Shown here: in pieces, positions 10,329 to 20,561 of the stretch
How the letters are laid out: each line of letters opens with the position of its first letter
Numbering within the stretch: position 1 is the stretch's first letter
NCBI GenBank assembly: GCA_963751455.1
Contig: CAVVUN010000015.1
Location: forward strand, 512,001 to 576,000
Reading direction: 5' to 3'
Length of the DNA: 64,000 nucleotides
Source: Nitrospirota bacterium
GTDB taxonomy: Bacteria; Nitrospirota; UBA9217
Made by a program: the position numbers and the translations under genes
The notes under the pieces: model-generated
Told to the model about the DNA's origin: nothing
What the model saw: the letters and a program-made list of their open reading frames with translations, nothing else
The model's database searches: none

Positions 10329-11138
10329 TTACGTTTTGTAGTATTCCATCGCCTCGGGTATCAATTTGCGAATGTTTTCTATCCGCTTGTCGTCAGCGGG
10401 GTGGGTGCTCAAAAGCTGGGGGGGAGAAGGACCCTTCTTCATCCCGGCCATCCGTTCCCAGAACGCTTCGGCCGTACGAGGATCGTAACCGGCCATTGCC
10501 ATGAAAATTAAACCAAGGCGATCGGCTTCTGATTCCTGCAGCCTGCTGAACGGCAATTGGACGCCGATTTGAGCGCCTAATCCGTAAGCTGCCAGAAAGA
10601 GGTCGCTGGTTTCCTTCGGTTTTTCCGCCAGCGCAGCGGCCAGCGCCATGCCGCCCATTTGCGCTACCAGCGCCTGGCTCATCCGCTCATCGCCGTGGTT
10701 TGCGATCGCATGCGCGATTTCGTGCCCCATCACAACTGCAAGTCCGTTTTCGTCGGCTGCAACGGGAATTATTCCGGTGTATACGACAACTTTTCCTCCG
10801 GGCATGCACCATGCATTGATATCCTTATCCTCAACCAGATTGAATTCCCATGCATACCCCTCCAGGCGTGAAGCCATTCCCTGCTGGTTCAAATACTGTT
10901 CCACGGCATGCTGTATTCGCACGCCCGCGCGCTTCACCATATCAGCCTCGGGAGTGTTCTCAACTACTTTGTGTTTGGAGAGAAAATCGCGGTATTCGTT
11001 GAAGCTCATGGGAAGGAGAGACCCGGAAGGGATGAAAGCGAGTTGATGCCTGCCGGTCACTGGCACAGTTTTACAGGAGAGCAGCAGAGTCATTGCCATT
11101 ACAAACCATACCACTGCATGTTTATTCATTTGGCTCAC
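10329..11138 (-). CDS. M48 family zinc metallopeptidase lipoprotein
   Basis: Lipobox LLLSC, INAWCMPGGK, GHEIAH (HExxH), ESEAD, LSTHP. Confidence 0.92.
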   Translation of the reverse strand: MSQMNKHAVVWFVMAMTLLLSCKTVPVTGRHQLAFIPSGSLLPMSFNEYRDFLSKHKVVENTPEADMVKRAGVRIQHAVEQYLNQQGMASRLEGYAWEFNLVEDKDINAWCMPGGKVVVYTGIIPVAADENGLAVVMGHEIAHAIANHGDERMSQALVAQMGGMALAAALAEKPKETSDLFLAAYGLGAQIGVQLPFSRLQESEADRLGLIFMAMAGYDPRTAEAFWERMAGMKKGPSPPQLLSTHPADDKRIENIRKLIPEAMEYYKT

Positions 11139-11147
11139 CCGGTAACT

Positions 11148-11357
11148 TCAAACACTACTGCCTGCCGCCGTGTTATTCGTTTCCCCCGATCCGATAAGAG
11201 ATTTCTGCTGCAGAACGAAGGATTGGCAGCTCCTGCAGAGATACGTCTTGGTCATAACCTCTCTGCTGCCGGCCCTGCCCGACCCGATACGGACCTTTGA
11301 TGTTGCAAGATTCATGAAACGGTCGCTTTTACATTGAGGGCAATACACAACAGGCAT
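11148..11357 (-). CDS. Small zinc-ribbon-like protein, 69 aa
   Basis: CPQC...CRSC; GGAGGT RBS; 9 bp upstream of the M48 gene. Confidence 0.6.
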   Translation of the reverse strand: MPVVYCPQCKSDRFMNLATSKVRIGSGRAGSREVMTKTYLCRSCQSFVLQQKSLIGSGETNNTAAGSSV

Positions 11358-11722
11358 ACACGACCTCCGTTGAAGCGGCTGCTTTTATAATGATAATGCG
11401 GAAGTTGAGCAGTTCTTTTTAAGTATCGTCGAGGCATTATTATCTGTCAATAAAACAAAAGTCGTAAAAAGTCTTATTTGATAAATCATACTTAAGCCGC
11501 CTTGACATAGAGTATGATCCGATGCACATTAATACCATCAGTTTTTCCATTCACGGTCCCAATACTTTCCGAAGCTAACAATCGCTGTACAGTAAGCCGC
11601 ATTAGAAAGCACGTTTTTCTAATTTTTTGCCAGATTCTGCGTCTGCCGCACGTTCTTTGTGTCCGATATTTAACCGCGGATCAAGATCCGGTTTCTTTTC
11701 TAACGGGGTAAAAAGGAACATC

Positions 11723-12847
11723 ATGAATTTCTTGAGCGCTCTTTTTATAAGTATGGCCATTCTAACAGCTCCCCTGCTTGCCTCGGCGGGCGTTCCCATG
11801 GTCATACCACCCACGCCGCTTATCCATACTCAGGACCCGGCAGCGACGGATGAATCCGAAGCCCTCGCCGGAGCCGAACGGGAAGACGATCAGGACAGGG
11901 AAAGGGCCTATCATATCCCGCTCATCCTGAACGAGAGCGTCGAAGATCAGATTGCATTTTTTACTACTCGCGGCCGGAGCGCGTTTCAGTACTGGCTTCG
12001 TCAATCAGCCCGCTATCTTTCGATGATGAAAGGAATATTCAAAGAGTACAATCTGCCCGAGGATCTCGTGTATGTTGCGATGATTGAGAGCGGGTTCAAT
12101 ATGCGAGCAGTCTCCCCGAAAAAAGCCGTAGGGCCATGGCAGTTTATGAGCCCGACCGGAAGAGATTACGGCTTGAATATCGACCAATGGGTCGATGAGC
12201 GAAGGGACCCGATAAAATCTACGCATGCGGCTGCCGCCTATCTCAAAGATCTCTATAATATGTTCGGTTCCTGGCCCCTTGCCCTTGCCTCATATAATGC
12301 GGGGCAGGCAACCGTGAAGGGCGCAATTCACCGGGCTCAATCCTTCGACTTCTGGGACCTGACCGCTTCCCGGCACATTACGAGTGAGACCTGCACCTAT
12401 GTGCCGCGATATATGGCTGCTCTGGTCATAGCAAAGGACCCTGTGACGTACGGTTTCATGGCTCCCGCGAACGAGGCGTTCGAGTACGATGAGGTCAGTG
12501 TCAGCAAAAGCACGCATATACGAGAGATTGCAAACTTCGCCGGCTGCACCCAGCAGGAAATCAGAGAATTGAATCCGGAACTCGTTCGACAGTCCACGCC
12601 GCCGACCAATTATATAGTCCGTATTCCTCCGGGCACGAAGGAAATCTACGAAAGCCGATTTGCGACCTCCGCTCAGAAACAAAGAATCCGGCAGGCGAAG
12701 ATTAAGGCGGTCAGAAACGCTCTTCTTCTTTCGAGGCTTGCACCCGATCCTGTAGAAAATAAATTGAGCGCGAAGCCGCAGGTACATATCGTGCCGCGGT
12801 TCGCGGCGCAGTTAAGCCCCATCCGCAACGGCTCCTATTACGAGTAA
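11723..12847 (+). CDS. Lytic murein transglycosylase, MltD-like SLT domain
   Basis: VAMIESGF, AVGPWQFM, DERRDP..ST.AAA.YL, LASYNAG; signal peptide; degenerate LysM-like ELNPEL region. Confidence 0.88.
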   Translation: MNFLSALFISMAILTAPLLASAGVPMVIPPTPLIHTQDPAATDESEALAGAEREDDQDRERAYHIPLILNESVEDQIAFFTTRGRSAFQYWLRQSARYLSMMKGIFKEYNLPEDLVYVAMIESGFNMRAVSPKKAVGPWQFMSPTGRDYGLNIDQWVDERRDPIKSTHAAAAYLKDLYNMFGSWPLALASYNAGQATVKGAIHRAQSFDFWDLTASRHITSETCTYVPRYMAALVIAKDPVTYGFMAPANEAFEYDEVSVSKSTHIREIANFAGCTQQEIRELNPELVRQSTPPTNYIVRIPPGTKEIYESRFATSAQKQRIRQAKIKAVRNALLLSRLAPDPVENKLSAKPQVHIVPRFAAQLSPIRNGSYYE

Positions 12848-12949
12848 AAGCCGGCCTCCCGATTCTTTCCGCGGTCATCTCCGATACCAGCAAAGTAATT
12901 TTTCCGTTATGGACGGCTCCGAATCTTCGCAGAAGCGCGGCGATCAAAA

Positions 12950-13534
12950 TCACCGCCGGAGCAGGCGCTTCAAGGTCGAAAAGTCTTCAATAAATTTCTT
13001 CCGGCCATCCGGGAAACGCATTGCATATGCCGGATGACAGGTTACCAGGTAAGTCCTGTCCGCTTCGTGAATTACTTTCCCGTGATCCCTCGCAATGAGC
13101 AGCTTTTTTCTAAGAAGGGCACGGCAAGCCGTATTTCCCAGCAGGACGATTATACGTGGATTGATTACGGAAAGCTGTTCTACGAGGTGTCCGGCGCCGT
13201 GACTCACCATCTCGGGTGAGGGAGTTCCCCGGTCCGGACGGTAGTGGACAGGGCTCGCGATAAATATTTCTGCGTCATCCAGTCCGGTTTCCTTTATCAT
13301 AGCCCTGAGGAATTTTCCGGCCCTTCCGACAAACGGCCGGCCTGTTTTCGCTTCCTCCCTGCCCGGGGCCTCGCCGATAAAAGCTACGGTCGCAAAGGCG
13401 CTTCCTTCGCCGGGCACGACTTCGCCGCTCCCTCCTTTTTTGCATTCACTGCATTGTGCTATTTCTTGCGCGATCTTTTGGAGCTTTTCTGCTTTATTCA
13501 TTGGCAGCTTCACCATGGTAAAAAATTCTAGCAT
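12950..13534 (-). CDS. Uracil-DNA glycosylase superfamily, family-4-like (start may be 13501)
   Basis: CSEC, GEG, FIGEAPG.EE..TGRPFVGRAG, LLG, HPA motifs. Confidence 0.88.
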   Translation of the reverse strand: MLEFFTMVKLPMNKAEKLQKIAQEIAQCSECKKGGSGEVVPGEGSAFATVAFIGEAPGREEAKTGRPFVGRAGKFLRAMIKETGLDDAEIFIASPVHYRPDRGTPSPEMVSHGAGHLVEQLSVINPRIIVLLGNTACRALLRKKLLIARDHGKVIHEADRTYLVTCHPAYAMRFPDGRKKFIEDFSTLKRLLRR

Positions 13535-13700
13535 AAAATAAAGGCTGTGTCCGGTTTAACGCTTGCAAAACCAGACGACAGTGCCTTTGGTTGGTGTTGC
13601 TGATTCGTTTTTTATCGGCGATATGGTATAATTGCCGCCGGTTGATATTAAATGAGGAGCGTCCGTAAGAAACCGCCTTCGTACTGGAAAGGACAAGTTA

Positions 13701-14606
13701 ATGCTGTTTGAGAAAGGCACATTGCAGCAGAGGGTCATAGCGACAACCGAGAACGCCCTCAAAAAGGGCAGCCTTTTGCCGGTTCCGACAAATGCAGCTT
13801 TTATTGAAGATAACGGCATTCGGTTTTTCGTCCGTGTTCTTTCCGGCTTAAGGCGCAAGGACGAGGCCCGTAAAAGTCAGAATGAAAAATCGCGAACAGG
13901 AACGAATGCAAACCCCTTTCTACCGCCCGAGAAAGAGCTTGTCGTTGCAGATATTACAGAGACGCACATCGCTATCCTTAATAAGTTCAATGTCGTGGAG
14001 AATCATCTTCTCATTGTAACCCGGCATTTCGAAGACCAGGACACCCTTCTTACTCTCGCTGATTTCGAAGCGCTTTGGACCTGCATGGCTGAATATGAGA
14101 GCCTGGGTTTCTACAACGGCGGGCGAGAAGCAGGCGCCAGCCAGCAGCATAAGCATCTCCAGCTCGTCCCGCTTCCCCTGTCGCCCGAAGGCCCGGCCAT
14201 CCCAATTGCGCCTCTTCTGACCAACGTCGAAATGCACTCGAAGCCGTTCCGGCTGGCCGGCTTTCCCTTTGTCCACGGATTTGTTCGTTTAGAATCGGCC
14301 AAAATGACGTCAACGGCTGCGGCAGCTTCCGAATGTTTCAGACATTATTCTACCCTTCTTAAATACGTCGGGTTGAAGCCTCCGAAGAACGACCTTACGC
14401 GCCAGTCCTCACCGTACTGCCTTCTGCTCACCCGCGACTGGATGCTCGTTGTGCCGAGGTCGCGAGAGCACTTTGAGGAAATCTCATTGAACTCGCTGGC
14501 CTTTGCCGGTTCTTTTTTTGTCCGAAATGAGAAACAGCTGGAACGGTTAAAGGCGCACGGTCCTCTTCGGGCGCTTACCAGTGTTTCGGTGTCCCCGCCC
14601 GGTTAG
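13701..14606 (+). CDS. ATP adenylyltransferase / Ap4A phosphorylase II
   Basis: NPFLPPE, LNKFNVVENHLLIVT, FYNGGREAGASQQHKHLQ (HxHxQ), SLNSLAFAG. Confidence 0.9.
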   Translation: MLFEKGTLQQRVIATTENALKKGSLLPVPTNAAFIEDNGIRFFVRVLSGLRRKDEARKSQNEKSRTGTNANPFLPPEKELVVADITETHIAILNKFNVVENHLLIVTRHFEDQDTLLTLADFEALWTCMAEYESLGFYNGGREAGASQQHKHLQLVPLPLSPEGPAIPIAPLLTNVEMHSKPFRLAGFPFVHGFVRLESAKMTSTAAAASECFRHYSTLLKYVGLKPPKNDLTRQSSPYCLLLTRDWMLVVPRSREHFEEISLNSLAFAGSFFVRNEKQLERLKAHGPLRALTSVSVSPPG

Positions 14607-14748
14607 AGAAGGGCGTGACACGTCCTGCTTGTTTGAATGTCCGGACCTTCAGACCGCATTAAAAACGGACCATTCTCTTCCGAATTTGTTCTCAAACAAG
14701 TTTACTTCTCTCTTTACGTCTACGGTTCCGGTGTGATAATATGGCTTT

Positions 14749-16203
14749 GTGGATCATATTCAACCCGAGATCATTCCCCGTTCAAAACATGCGATTTCCC
14801 GCAAATGGATAAGCCCCAATGCAGTCCGGGTGCTGTATCGGCTCAAGGAACAGGGCTATTACGCCTACCTGGTCGGCGGCGGAGTACGGGACCTTCTGCT
14901 CGGCCGTGAGCCAAAGGATTTTGATGTTGCGACGGACGCCACACCGGGCGAAATCAAGAAGATATTTCGTAATTGCCGGCTGATCGGCCGCAGGTTTCGC
15001 CTGGCCCATATTCATTTCCATACTGAAGTCGTCGAGGTTGCGACCTTCCGCTCGTCAACTGTTCCCGAACCCGAAGAGGCGCTTCCGCTGGAGCAGGAGC
15101 CGGCCATTGCGGCGGTGCCGGCCGCGGAACATCCGGAGGCGTCCTTGCCTGACCGTCCGGCTGCCGAAACAACACCTCCCGGGAAAATGCCGCCGAGGCC
15201 GCGACCACCGCGGCTGCTCAAGACCGAAGACGGCATGATCCTGAGGGACAACGTGTTCGGCACTCCGGAAGAAGACGCACTGCGCCGTGATTTTACCGTC
15301 AACGCTCTCTTTTATAACATTGCCGATTTTTCAGTGGTTGATTACGTCGGCGGCATGGACGACCTGCGGCGCGGACTTATCCGCACCATCGGCGACCCGT
15401 TGGTCCGTTTCACCGAAGACCCTGTGCGGATGGTGCGGGCGGTTCGTTTTGCGGCGATACTCGGCTTTGAGATCGAAGAAAAAACCCGGGCGGCGCTTCT
15501 CGAGCTGAAAGACCGGGTCGCGCTCGCCTCGCCCTCACGGATGTATGAAGAAGTGCAGAAACTGCTTCTGCTCGGGGAAGCTGAAAAGACCTATCAGCTG
15601 CTTCGTACGACCGGTTTGTTCGGCGTCATCTTTCCCCGTCTCAATGAATGGGTCGATACCGAGCATGACGGTTTCCCGCACATCTGGATCGGAAAGGCAT
15701 TCGAGTGTGTGGACACGTCCATTCACGCCGGAAGGCAGGTGCAGCCGCATATCCTGTTCGCGCTGATGTTCGGTCAGTACCTGGAGGAGAGGGCGGCCCG
15801 GATAAGAGCATCGGGCGCGCCGCCCCTGGACGCGATTACGAGGGCGGTGGCTGAGACAATGACCGAGCAGGCACAGCGCGTGCAAATACCCAGGAAGATT
15901 GCTCTTACCATGCGGGATATCTATTGGAACCAGCAGCGTTTTCAGAGACGAGACGGGAAATATCCCCGCTACTTTCTGAGGAGGCCGGGTTTCGCGGAAG
16001 CGTTCGAATACCTGTCGTTTATGAGCGAGGTGACAGGCGAAAAAAAAGAGGTAGTGGGGTGGTGGAAGGAGTTTATCAAGACCCATCCACTCGCACCGCA
16101 TGAAACCGAAGCAATACGAAAAAACAAGGAAAAACGGCCAGCCCGCAGAAGGAGAAGAAGAGGCGGGAAACCCAAATCCGGAGCGCCCAACCCGAAGCTG
16201 TAG
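14749..16203 (+). CDS. pcnB: Poly(A) polymerase I
   Basis: LVGGGVRD, KDFDVAT, LIGRRFRLAH PAP signature, RRDFTVN, Arg-rich C-terminal tail. Confidence 0.92.
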   Translation: MDHIQPEIIPRSKHAISRKWISPNAVRVLYRLKEQGYYAYLVGGGVRDLLLGREPKDFDVATDATPGEIKKIFRNCRLIGRRFRLAHIHFHTEVVEVATFRSSTVPEPEEALPLEQEPAIAAVPAAEHPEASLPDRPAAETTPPGKMPPRPRPPRLLKTEDGMILRDNVFGTPEEDALRRDFTVNALFYNIADFSVVDYVGGMDDLRRGLIRTIGDPLVRFTEDPVRMVRAVRFAAILGFEIEEKTRAALLELKDRVALASPSRMYEEVQKLLLLGEAEKTYQLLRTTGLFGVIFPRLNEWVDTEHDGFPHIWIGKAFECVDTSIHAGRQVQPHILFALMFGQYLEERAARIRASGAPPLDAITRAVAETMTEQAQRVQIPRKIALTMRDIYWNQQRFQRRDGKYPRYFLRRPGFAEAFEYLSFMSEVTGEKKEVVGWWKEFIKTHPLAPHETEAIRKNKEKRPARRRRRRGGKPKSGAPNPKL

Positions 16204-16247
16204 TAAAATAACATCTGGATAAATACCCGCCGGCATTCAGGAGCATA

Positions 16248-17084
16248 ATGCGCAGACCCCCTCGGTTTTTTGTATCTCCCGACCAGATTGCAGGATCGCA
16301 GATAACCGTTTCCGGCGAAGACCGGCGCCACATCGCGACAGTGCTCAGGATGAAGGCAGGCGACCGTCTTCTTCTTTCAGACGGGCAAGGAACCGAATAT
16401 TCGGTCAAGATCATCGGTCTTGACCGGGAGGGGGTCAAAACGGAGATCCTCGACCGCCAGAAGCGGGCAATGGCATTTCCGCGGGTGACTCTCGGTCAGG
16501 GACTGCCCAAGTTCGATAAGATGGACTTCATTGTTCAGAAGGCCACGGAACTGGGGGTGGCCGCAATCGTTCCTCTTGTCACCGAACGCGCCATAGTCAA
16601 AGTCAGAGACGAGGAGAAACGCATATCGCGCTGGCAGAAGATCTGCCGCGAGGCGGCCATGCAGAGCGGCAGAGCAGATATACCGAAGGTGCAGCAGTTT
16701 CGAACTTTTCCCGATTTTCTTCAGGATCTGTCAAATCCCCCCGAGCCCCCCTTTGATAAAGGGGGGACTATGATGATTCCCCCTTTGGAAAGGGGGGGAA
16801 AAGGGGGATTTTCATCATCAGAGACCCTTTTGATTCTTCCCTGGGAAGAGGGAACAGTGCCGATCAGGAGCATCCTCGAACAGAATACAGGTGCCGATCA
16901 TATTACCGTGCTGATCGGGCCCGAGGGAGGGTTTTCGTCAGAGGAAGCAGGTCAGGCAAAAGAAAAAGGGTTCCACCTGGTAAGTCTCGGCCGGAACATC
17001 CTGCGGACCGAGACGGCTGCTGTTGCCGTTCTGAGCATGATCCTGTATGCATACCCCGAAACCGATGTACCAATAATCCAGTAG
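16248..17084 (+). CDS. rsmE: 16S rRNA m3U1498 methyltransferase carrying an in-frame palindromic insertion
   Basis: HIATVLR, QKATELG, EAAMQS, LIGPEGGFS, SLGRNILRTETA. Confidence 0.93.
   Translation: MRRPPRFFVSPDQIAGSQITVSGEDRRHIATVLRMKAGDRLLLSDGQGTEYSVKIIGLDREGVKTEILDRQKRAMAFPRVTLGQGLPKFDKMDFIVQKATELGVAAIVPLVTERAIVKVRDEEKRISRWQKICREAAMQSGRADIPKVQQFRTFPDFLQDLSNPPEPPFDKGGTMMIPPLERGGKGGFSSSETLLILPWEEGTVPIRSILEQNTGADHITVLIGPEGGFSSEEAGQAKEKGFHLVSLGRNILRTETAAVAVLSMILYAYPETDVPIIQ
16733..16811. repeat. C/G-run double-hairpin palindromic element inside rsmE
   Basis: AAATCCCCC...GGGGGATTT ends enclosing CCCCCCTTT-GAT-AAAGGGGGG and CCCCCTTT-GG-AAAGGGGG. Confidence 0.85.
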
Positions 17085-17193
17085 CAAATTTCAAATACCA
17101 GTCGAAATACGAACTCGCTATTTTGATCTTTGCGGCTGGAATCGATTTTTATTCGAATTTGCTATTTAGAGGTTCACTTGCCCGGTATTTTTC

Positions 17194-17223
17194 TTGACAC
17201 AAAAACGGCGGAGATGCTAATAT
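17194..17223 (+). promoter_or_regulatory. Putative sigma70 promoter of the rpiB-glyA cluster
   Basis: TTGACA-18 bp-TAATAT with extended TG. Confidence 0.55.
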
Positions 17224-17244
17224 CAGCCTTTGACGGGAGGCGGT

Positions 17245-17694
17245 ATGAAATTGGCGCTCGGCTGCGACCACGGCGGTTTTGAACTGAAGGAAGAAATCCT
17301 CAATTTCATCAAGACGCTCCCCGCTATTCAGGTTTTCGATCTTGGCCCGGCAGCCAAGCAATCTGTAGATTATCCCGATTTCGGAAAGAAAGTTTCCGAA
17401 GCCGTATCGAATGGGTCCGTGGACCGGGGCATCCTCATATGCGGCACCGGCATCGGCATGTCTATCGTTGCCAACCGGTATCCCCGCGTACGCGCCGCCC
17501 TTTGCCACGATCATTTTACGGCGCAGATGAGCCGCGAGCACAATGACGCGAATATTCTCGTCATGGGCGAGCGGGTAACGGGAAAAGGCGTCGCGCTGGA
17601 GATCGTCCAGACCTGGCTCAACACCGACTTTGCCGGCGGCCGTCACCGGCTGCGTCTCGATAAAATCACGGAAATCGAAAAAGCGATCAAGTAA
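17245..17694 (+). CDS. rpiB: Ribose-5-phosphate isomerase B
   Basis: GCDHGG, DYPD, ICGTGIGMSI, REHNDAN, F.GGRH. Confidence 0.95.
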   Translation: MKLALGCDHGGFELKEEILNFIKTLPAIQVFDLGPAAKQSVDYPDFGKKVSEAVSNGSVDRGILICGTGIGMSIVANRYPRVRAALCHDHFTAQMSREHNDANILVMGERVTGKGVALEIVQTWLNTDFAGGRHRLRLDKITEIEKAIK

Positions 17695-17787
17695 AAGATG
17701 AATTTTTTTGCCTCTTTCGTATTTAAGTTGAAATGACTCTATTGCCATGCATTGACAAAGAGGAGCGATTCCTCAATGAAAATTCAT

Positions 17788-17942
17788 TTTCGCGCAAAGA
17801 CGCAAAGTCGCAAAGTAAGCGAAGCTTCACAAGAACGGGCAAGCCGTGAGCTTGGTGCTATGACTTCGCATCAAGATACTGCGACTTTTCTAAAGACGCC
17901 GCTGTTGGACTTTCTTTGCGTACTTGGCGGCTTTGCGCGAGA
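17788..17942. repeat. CGCAAAG-family inverted-repeat element
   Basis: TTTCGCGCAAAGACGCAAAGTCGCAAAG...CTTTGCGTACTTGGCGGCTTTGCGCGAGA. Confidence 0.85.
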
Positions 17943-18046
17943 CCGCGGTTCGCAGTAGTTTTTCAACTTTTTTACGAATGACCCATTTTTTGCCACAGGA
18001 TCAACTGCTCTGCGGGCGTAATGACTCTTATTAAGAAGGAAACACC

Positions 18047-19300
18047 ATGTCGGAACTGAAAGAGGCGGACAGCGAAGTGTATAATGCGATCAAGGGCGAG
18101 GAAGAGCGTGAACGGAGCAAGATCGTGCTTATTGCATCGGAGAACTATGTCAGCCAGGCCGTGCTCGAAGCCCAGGGTTCCGTCTTTACGAACAAGTACG
18201 CCGAGGGCTACCCGAACCGGCGTTATTACGGCGGGTGCGAGTTCGCCGATGTGGTCGAGTCCCTTGCGATTGAGCGGGCCAAGAAGCTCTTTGGCGCCGA
18301 GCATGTGAACGTACAGCCCCACTCCGGGTCTTCCGCAAATATGGCCGTTTACTTCAGCGTGCTCCAGCCCGGCCAGACAATACTCGGAATGAGCCTTCCG
18401 CACGGCGGGCACCTGACTCACGGAGCCACCGTCAGTTTCTCCGGCACGCTGTACAAATCTTTTTCGTATGGTGTGGACAAGAAGACGGAACTGCTTGATT
18501 ATGATGAGGTGGAGCGGCTGGCCGTCCAGCATAAGCCGAAGATGATCGTCTGCGGCTACAGCGCGTACTCGCGGGTTCTCGATTTCCCGCGGTTCCGGAA
18601 GATAGCGGACAGGGTCAAAGCCTATCTCATGGCGGACATCGCGCACATTGCCGGCCTCGTCGCCGCTGATGAGCATCCGAGCCCGGTACCCTATGCGGAT
18701 TTTGTCACAACAACCACGCATAAGACCCTTCGCGGTCCGCGCGGCGGCATGATCCTGTGCAAAGAGAAGTTCGGAAAAGCCGTGGACAAGGTCATTTTCC
18801 CCGGGATACAGGGCGGCCCGCTGGTGCATGTCATCGCCGCGAAGGCCGTGTCGTTCAAGGAAGCGCTCTCTCCCGAGTTCAAGGATTATCAGCGCCAGGT
18901 AAAGAAGAACGCCAGGGCGCTTGCACAGCGGCTCACAGAGGACGGGTTCCGGATTGTGTCCGGCGACACAGACAATCACCTGATGCTCGTGGACCTGACG
19001 CCGAAAAACATTACCGGCAAAGACGCAGAAACGGCGTTGGACGCGGCGGGCATCACCTGCAACAAGAACAGCATCCCCTACGATCAGAAGCCGCCGGTGA
19101 CCACGAGCGGCATACGGCTCGGCACCCCGATTGTGACTACGCGCGGTATGCGCGAACCCGAGATGAAGGTGATCGGAGACCTCATCTGCGAAGCGCTGGC
19201 GAATATCGGCTCACCCGACAAGCTTGCGGCCATCAGGGAGCGGACCAAGGCATTCTGCAGCAAGTTCCCCATGTTCGCGATGGAAAAAGCGGAAGTGTAA
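18047..19300 (+). CDS. glyA: Serine hydroxymethyltransferase
   Basis: [35 protein letters not shown]. Confidence 0.97.
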   Translation: MSELKEADSEVYNAIKGEEERERSKIVLIASENYVSQAVLEAQGSVFTNKYAEGYPNRRYYGGCEFADVVESLAIERAKKLFGAEHVNVQPHSGSSANMAVYFSVLQPGQTILGMSLPHGGHLTHGATVSFSGTLYKSFSYGVDKKTELLDYDEVERLAVQHKPKMIVCGYSAYSRVLDFPRFRKIADRVKAYLMADIAHIAGLVAADEHPSPVPYADFVTTTTHKTLRGPRGGMILCKEKFGKAVDKVIFPGIQGGPLVHVIAAKAVSFKEALSPEFKDYQRQVKKNARALAQRLTEDGFRIVSGDTDNHLMLVDLTPKNITGKDAETALDAAGITCNKNSIPYDQKPPVTTSGIRLGTPIVTTRGMREPEMKVIGDLICEALANIGSPDKLAAIRERTKAFCSKFPMFAMEKAEV

Positions 19301-19396
19301 ACCGGAAAACATTGTCAATTGTAGATATCAAATTTTGAAATTGTGGAATTTTTCGAATTTTACAAGTTGCAATTTGAAATTTGAATGAAAGGTGTT

Positions 19397-19846
19397 ATGC
19401 CCCGCCCTTCCTGGGATGAATATTTTATGGAGATAGCGCACCTCGTAAAGAGGCGCGCCACCTGCCTGCGCCGCCAGATCGGCGCCGTTATCATAAAAGA
19501 CAAAAATATCCTTGCGACGGGCTACAACGGCACGCCGTCCGGCATAGAACACTGTCTCGACCGGGGCTGCCTGCGCGAGCAGCTCGGCATCCCGTCCGGG
19601 GAGCGGCATGAGATCTGCCGGGGACTGCATGCCGAGCAGAATGCGATCATCCAGGCGGCAAAGCACGGCACGAGCATCGAAGGCGGCACCCTGTACTGCA
19701 CCAACCAGCCCTGCGGGATCTGCGCGAAAATGATCATCAACGCCGGCATAAAGCATATTGTTTACGAGGACGGCTATCCGGACAAGCTCGCGGAGGACAT
19801 GATGAACGAGTCAGGGATCAAGATTACACGGTACGTAAAGAAATAA
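19397..19846 (+). CDS. dCMP deaminase (ComEB-like)
   Basis: [25 protein letters not shown]. Confidence 0.92.
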   Translation: MPRPSWDEYFMEIAHLVKRRATCLRRQIGAVIIKDKNILATGYNGTPSGIEHCLDRGCLREQLGIPSGERHEICRGLHAEQNAIIQAAKHGTSIEGGTLYCTNQPCGICAKMIINAGIKHIVYEDGYPDKLAEDMMNESGIKITRYVKK

Positions 19847-19850
19847 CTTA

Positions 19851-19950
19851 TTGTAAAATGCAAATTGTAAAGTGCAAATTGCAAAGTGCAAATTGCAAAG
19901 TAAACGCAGACACTTTTGAAATTTCCAATTTGATATTTGCAATTTGAAAT
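19851..19950. repeat. 7-mer tandem inverted-repeat element (related arms at 19310-19384)
   Basis: TGTAAAA TGCAAAT TGTAAAG TGCAAAT TGCAAAG... mirrored by ATTTCCA ATTTGAT ATTTGCA ATTTGAA. Confidence 0.8.
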
Positions 19951-19961
19951 AGTTTTTAATT

Positions 19962-20441
19962 ATGCGCTGCCCCTACTGTTCCAGTCTTGATAACAAAGTG
20001 GTTGACTCCCGGATCGGGAAGGAAGGGGATTCGATCCGCCGCAGGCGTGAATGCCTCAAGTGCGAGGGCCGGTTCACGACGTACGAGCGTGTCGAGGAAG
20101 TGCTTCCGTCGGTCATCAAGAAGGACGGCCGGCGCGAGCCGTACGACAGGATGAAAATCCTCGGCGGACTGAAGAAGGCATGCGAGAAGCGTCCGGTCAG
20201 CGTGGAGTCTCTGGAAAAGACGGTCGCGGATATCGAGAAGTCCCTTCAGGACAGGGGGTTCAAAGAGATCCCGAGCACCATTATCGGCGAAGAAGTGATG
20301 GGCCAGCTCCACGGCCTCGACGAAGTGGCCTACGTCCGCTTCGCTTCGGTATACCGTTCATTCAAGGACATCAATGAGTTCATGAAAGAGCTCAAGGACA
20401 TCCTGAGCAGCAAGGAAATGAACAAGCTGAACGACGCTTGA
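19962..20441 (+). CDS. nrdR: Transcriptional repressor NrdR
   Basis: [24 protein letters not shown]-cone, [10 protein letters not shown]. Confidence 0.97.
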   Translation: MRCPYCSSLDNKVVDSRIGKEGDSIRRRRECLKCEGRFTTYERVEEVLPSVIKKDGRREPYDRMKILGGLKKACEKRPVSVESLEKTVADIEKSLQDRGFKEIPSTIIGEEVMGQLHGLDEVAYVRFASVYRSFKDINEFMKELKDILSSKEMNKLNDA

Positions 20442-20561
20442 AATCGGAGTATGAAACAAAGAAAAATTTGCAGTCGTGTCCATTTCTTAACCAATTCTGA
20501 GAAATAATGTCCCCAGTAATTCTTTCAATCCCAAATCTACAATCCGCAATCCGAAATCCGA

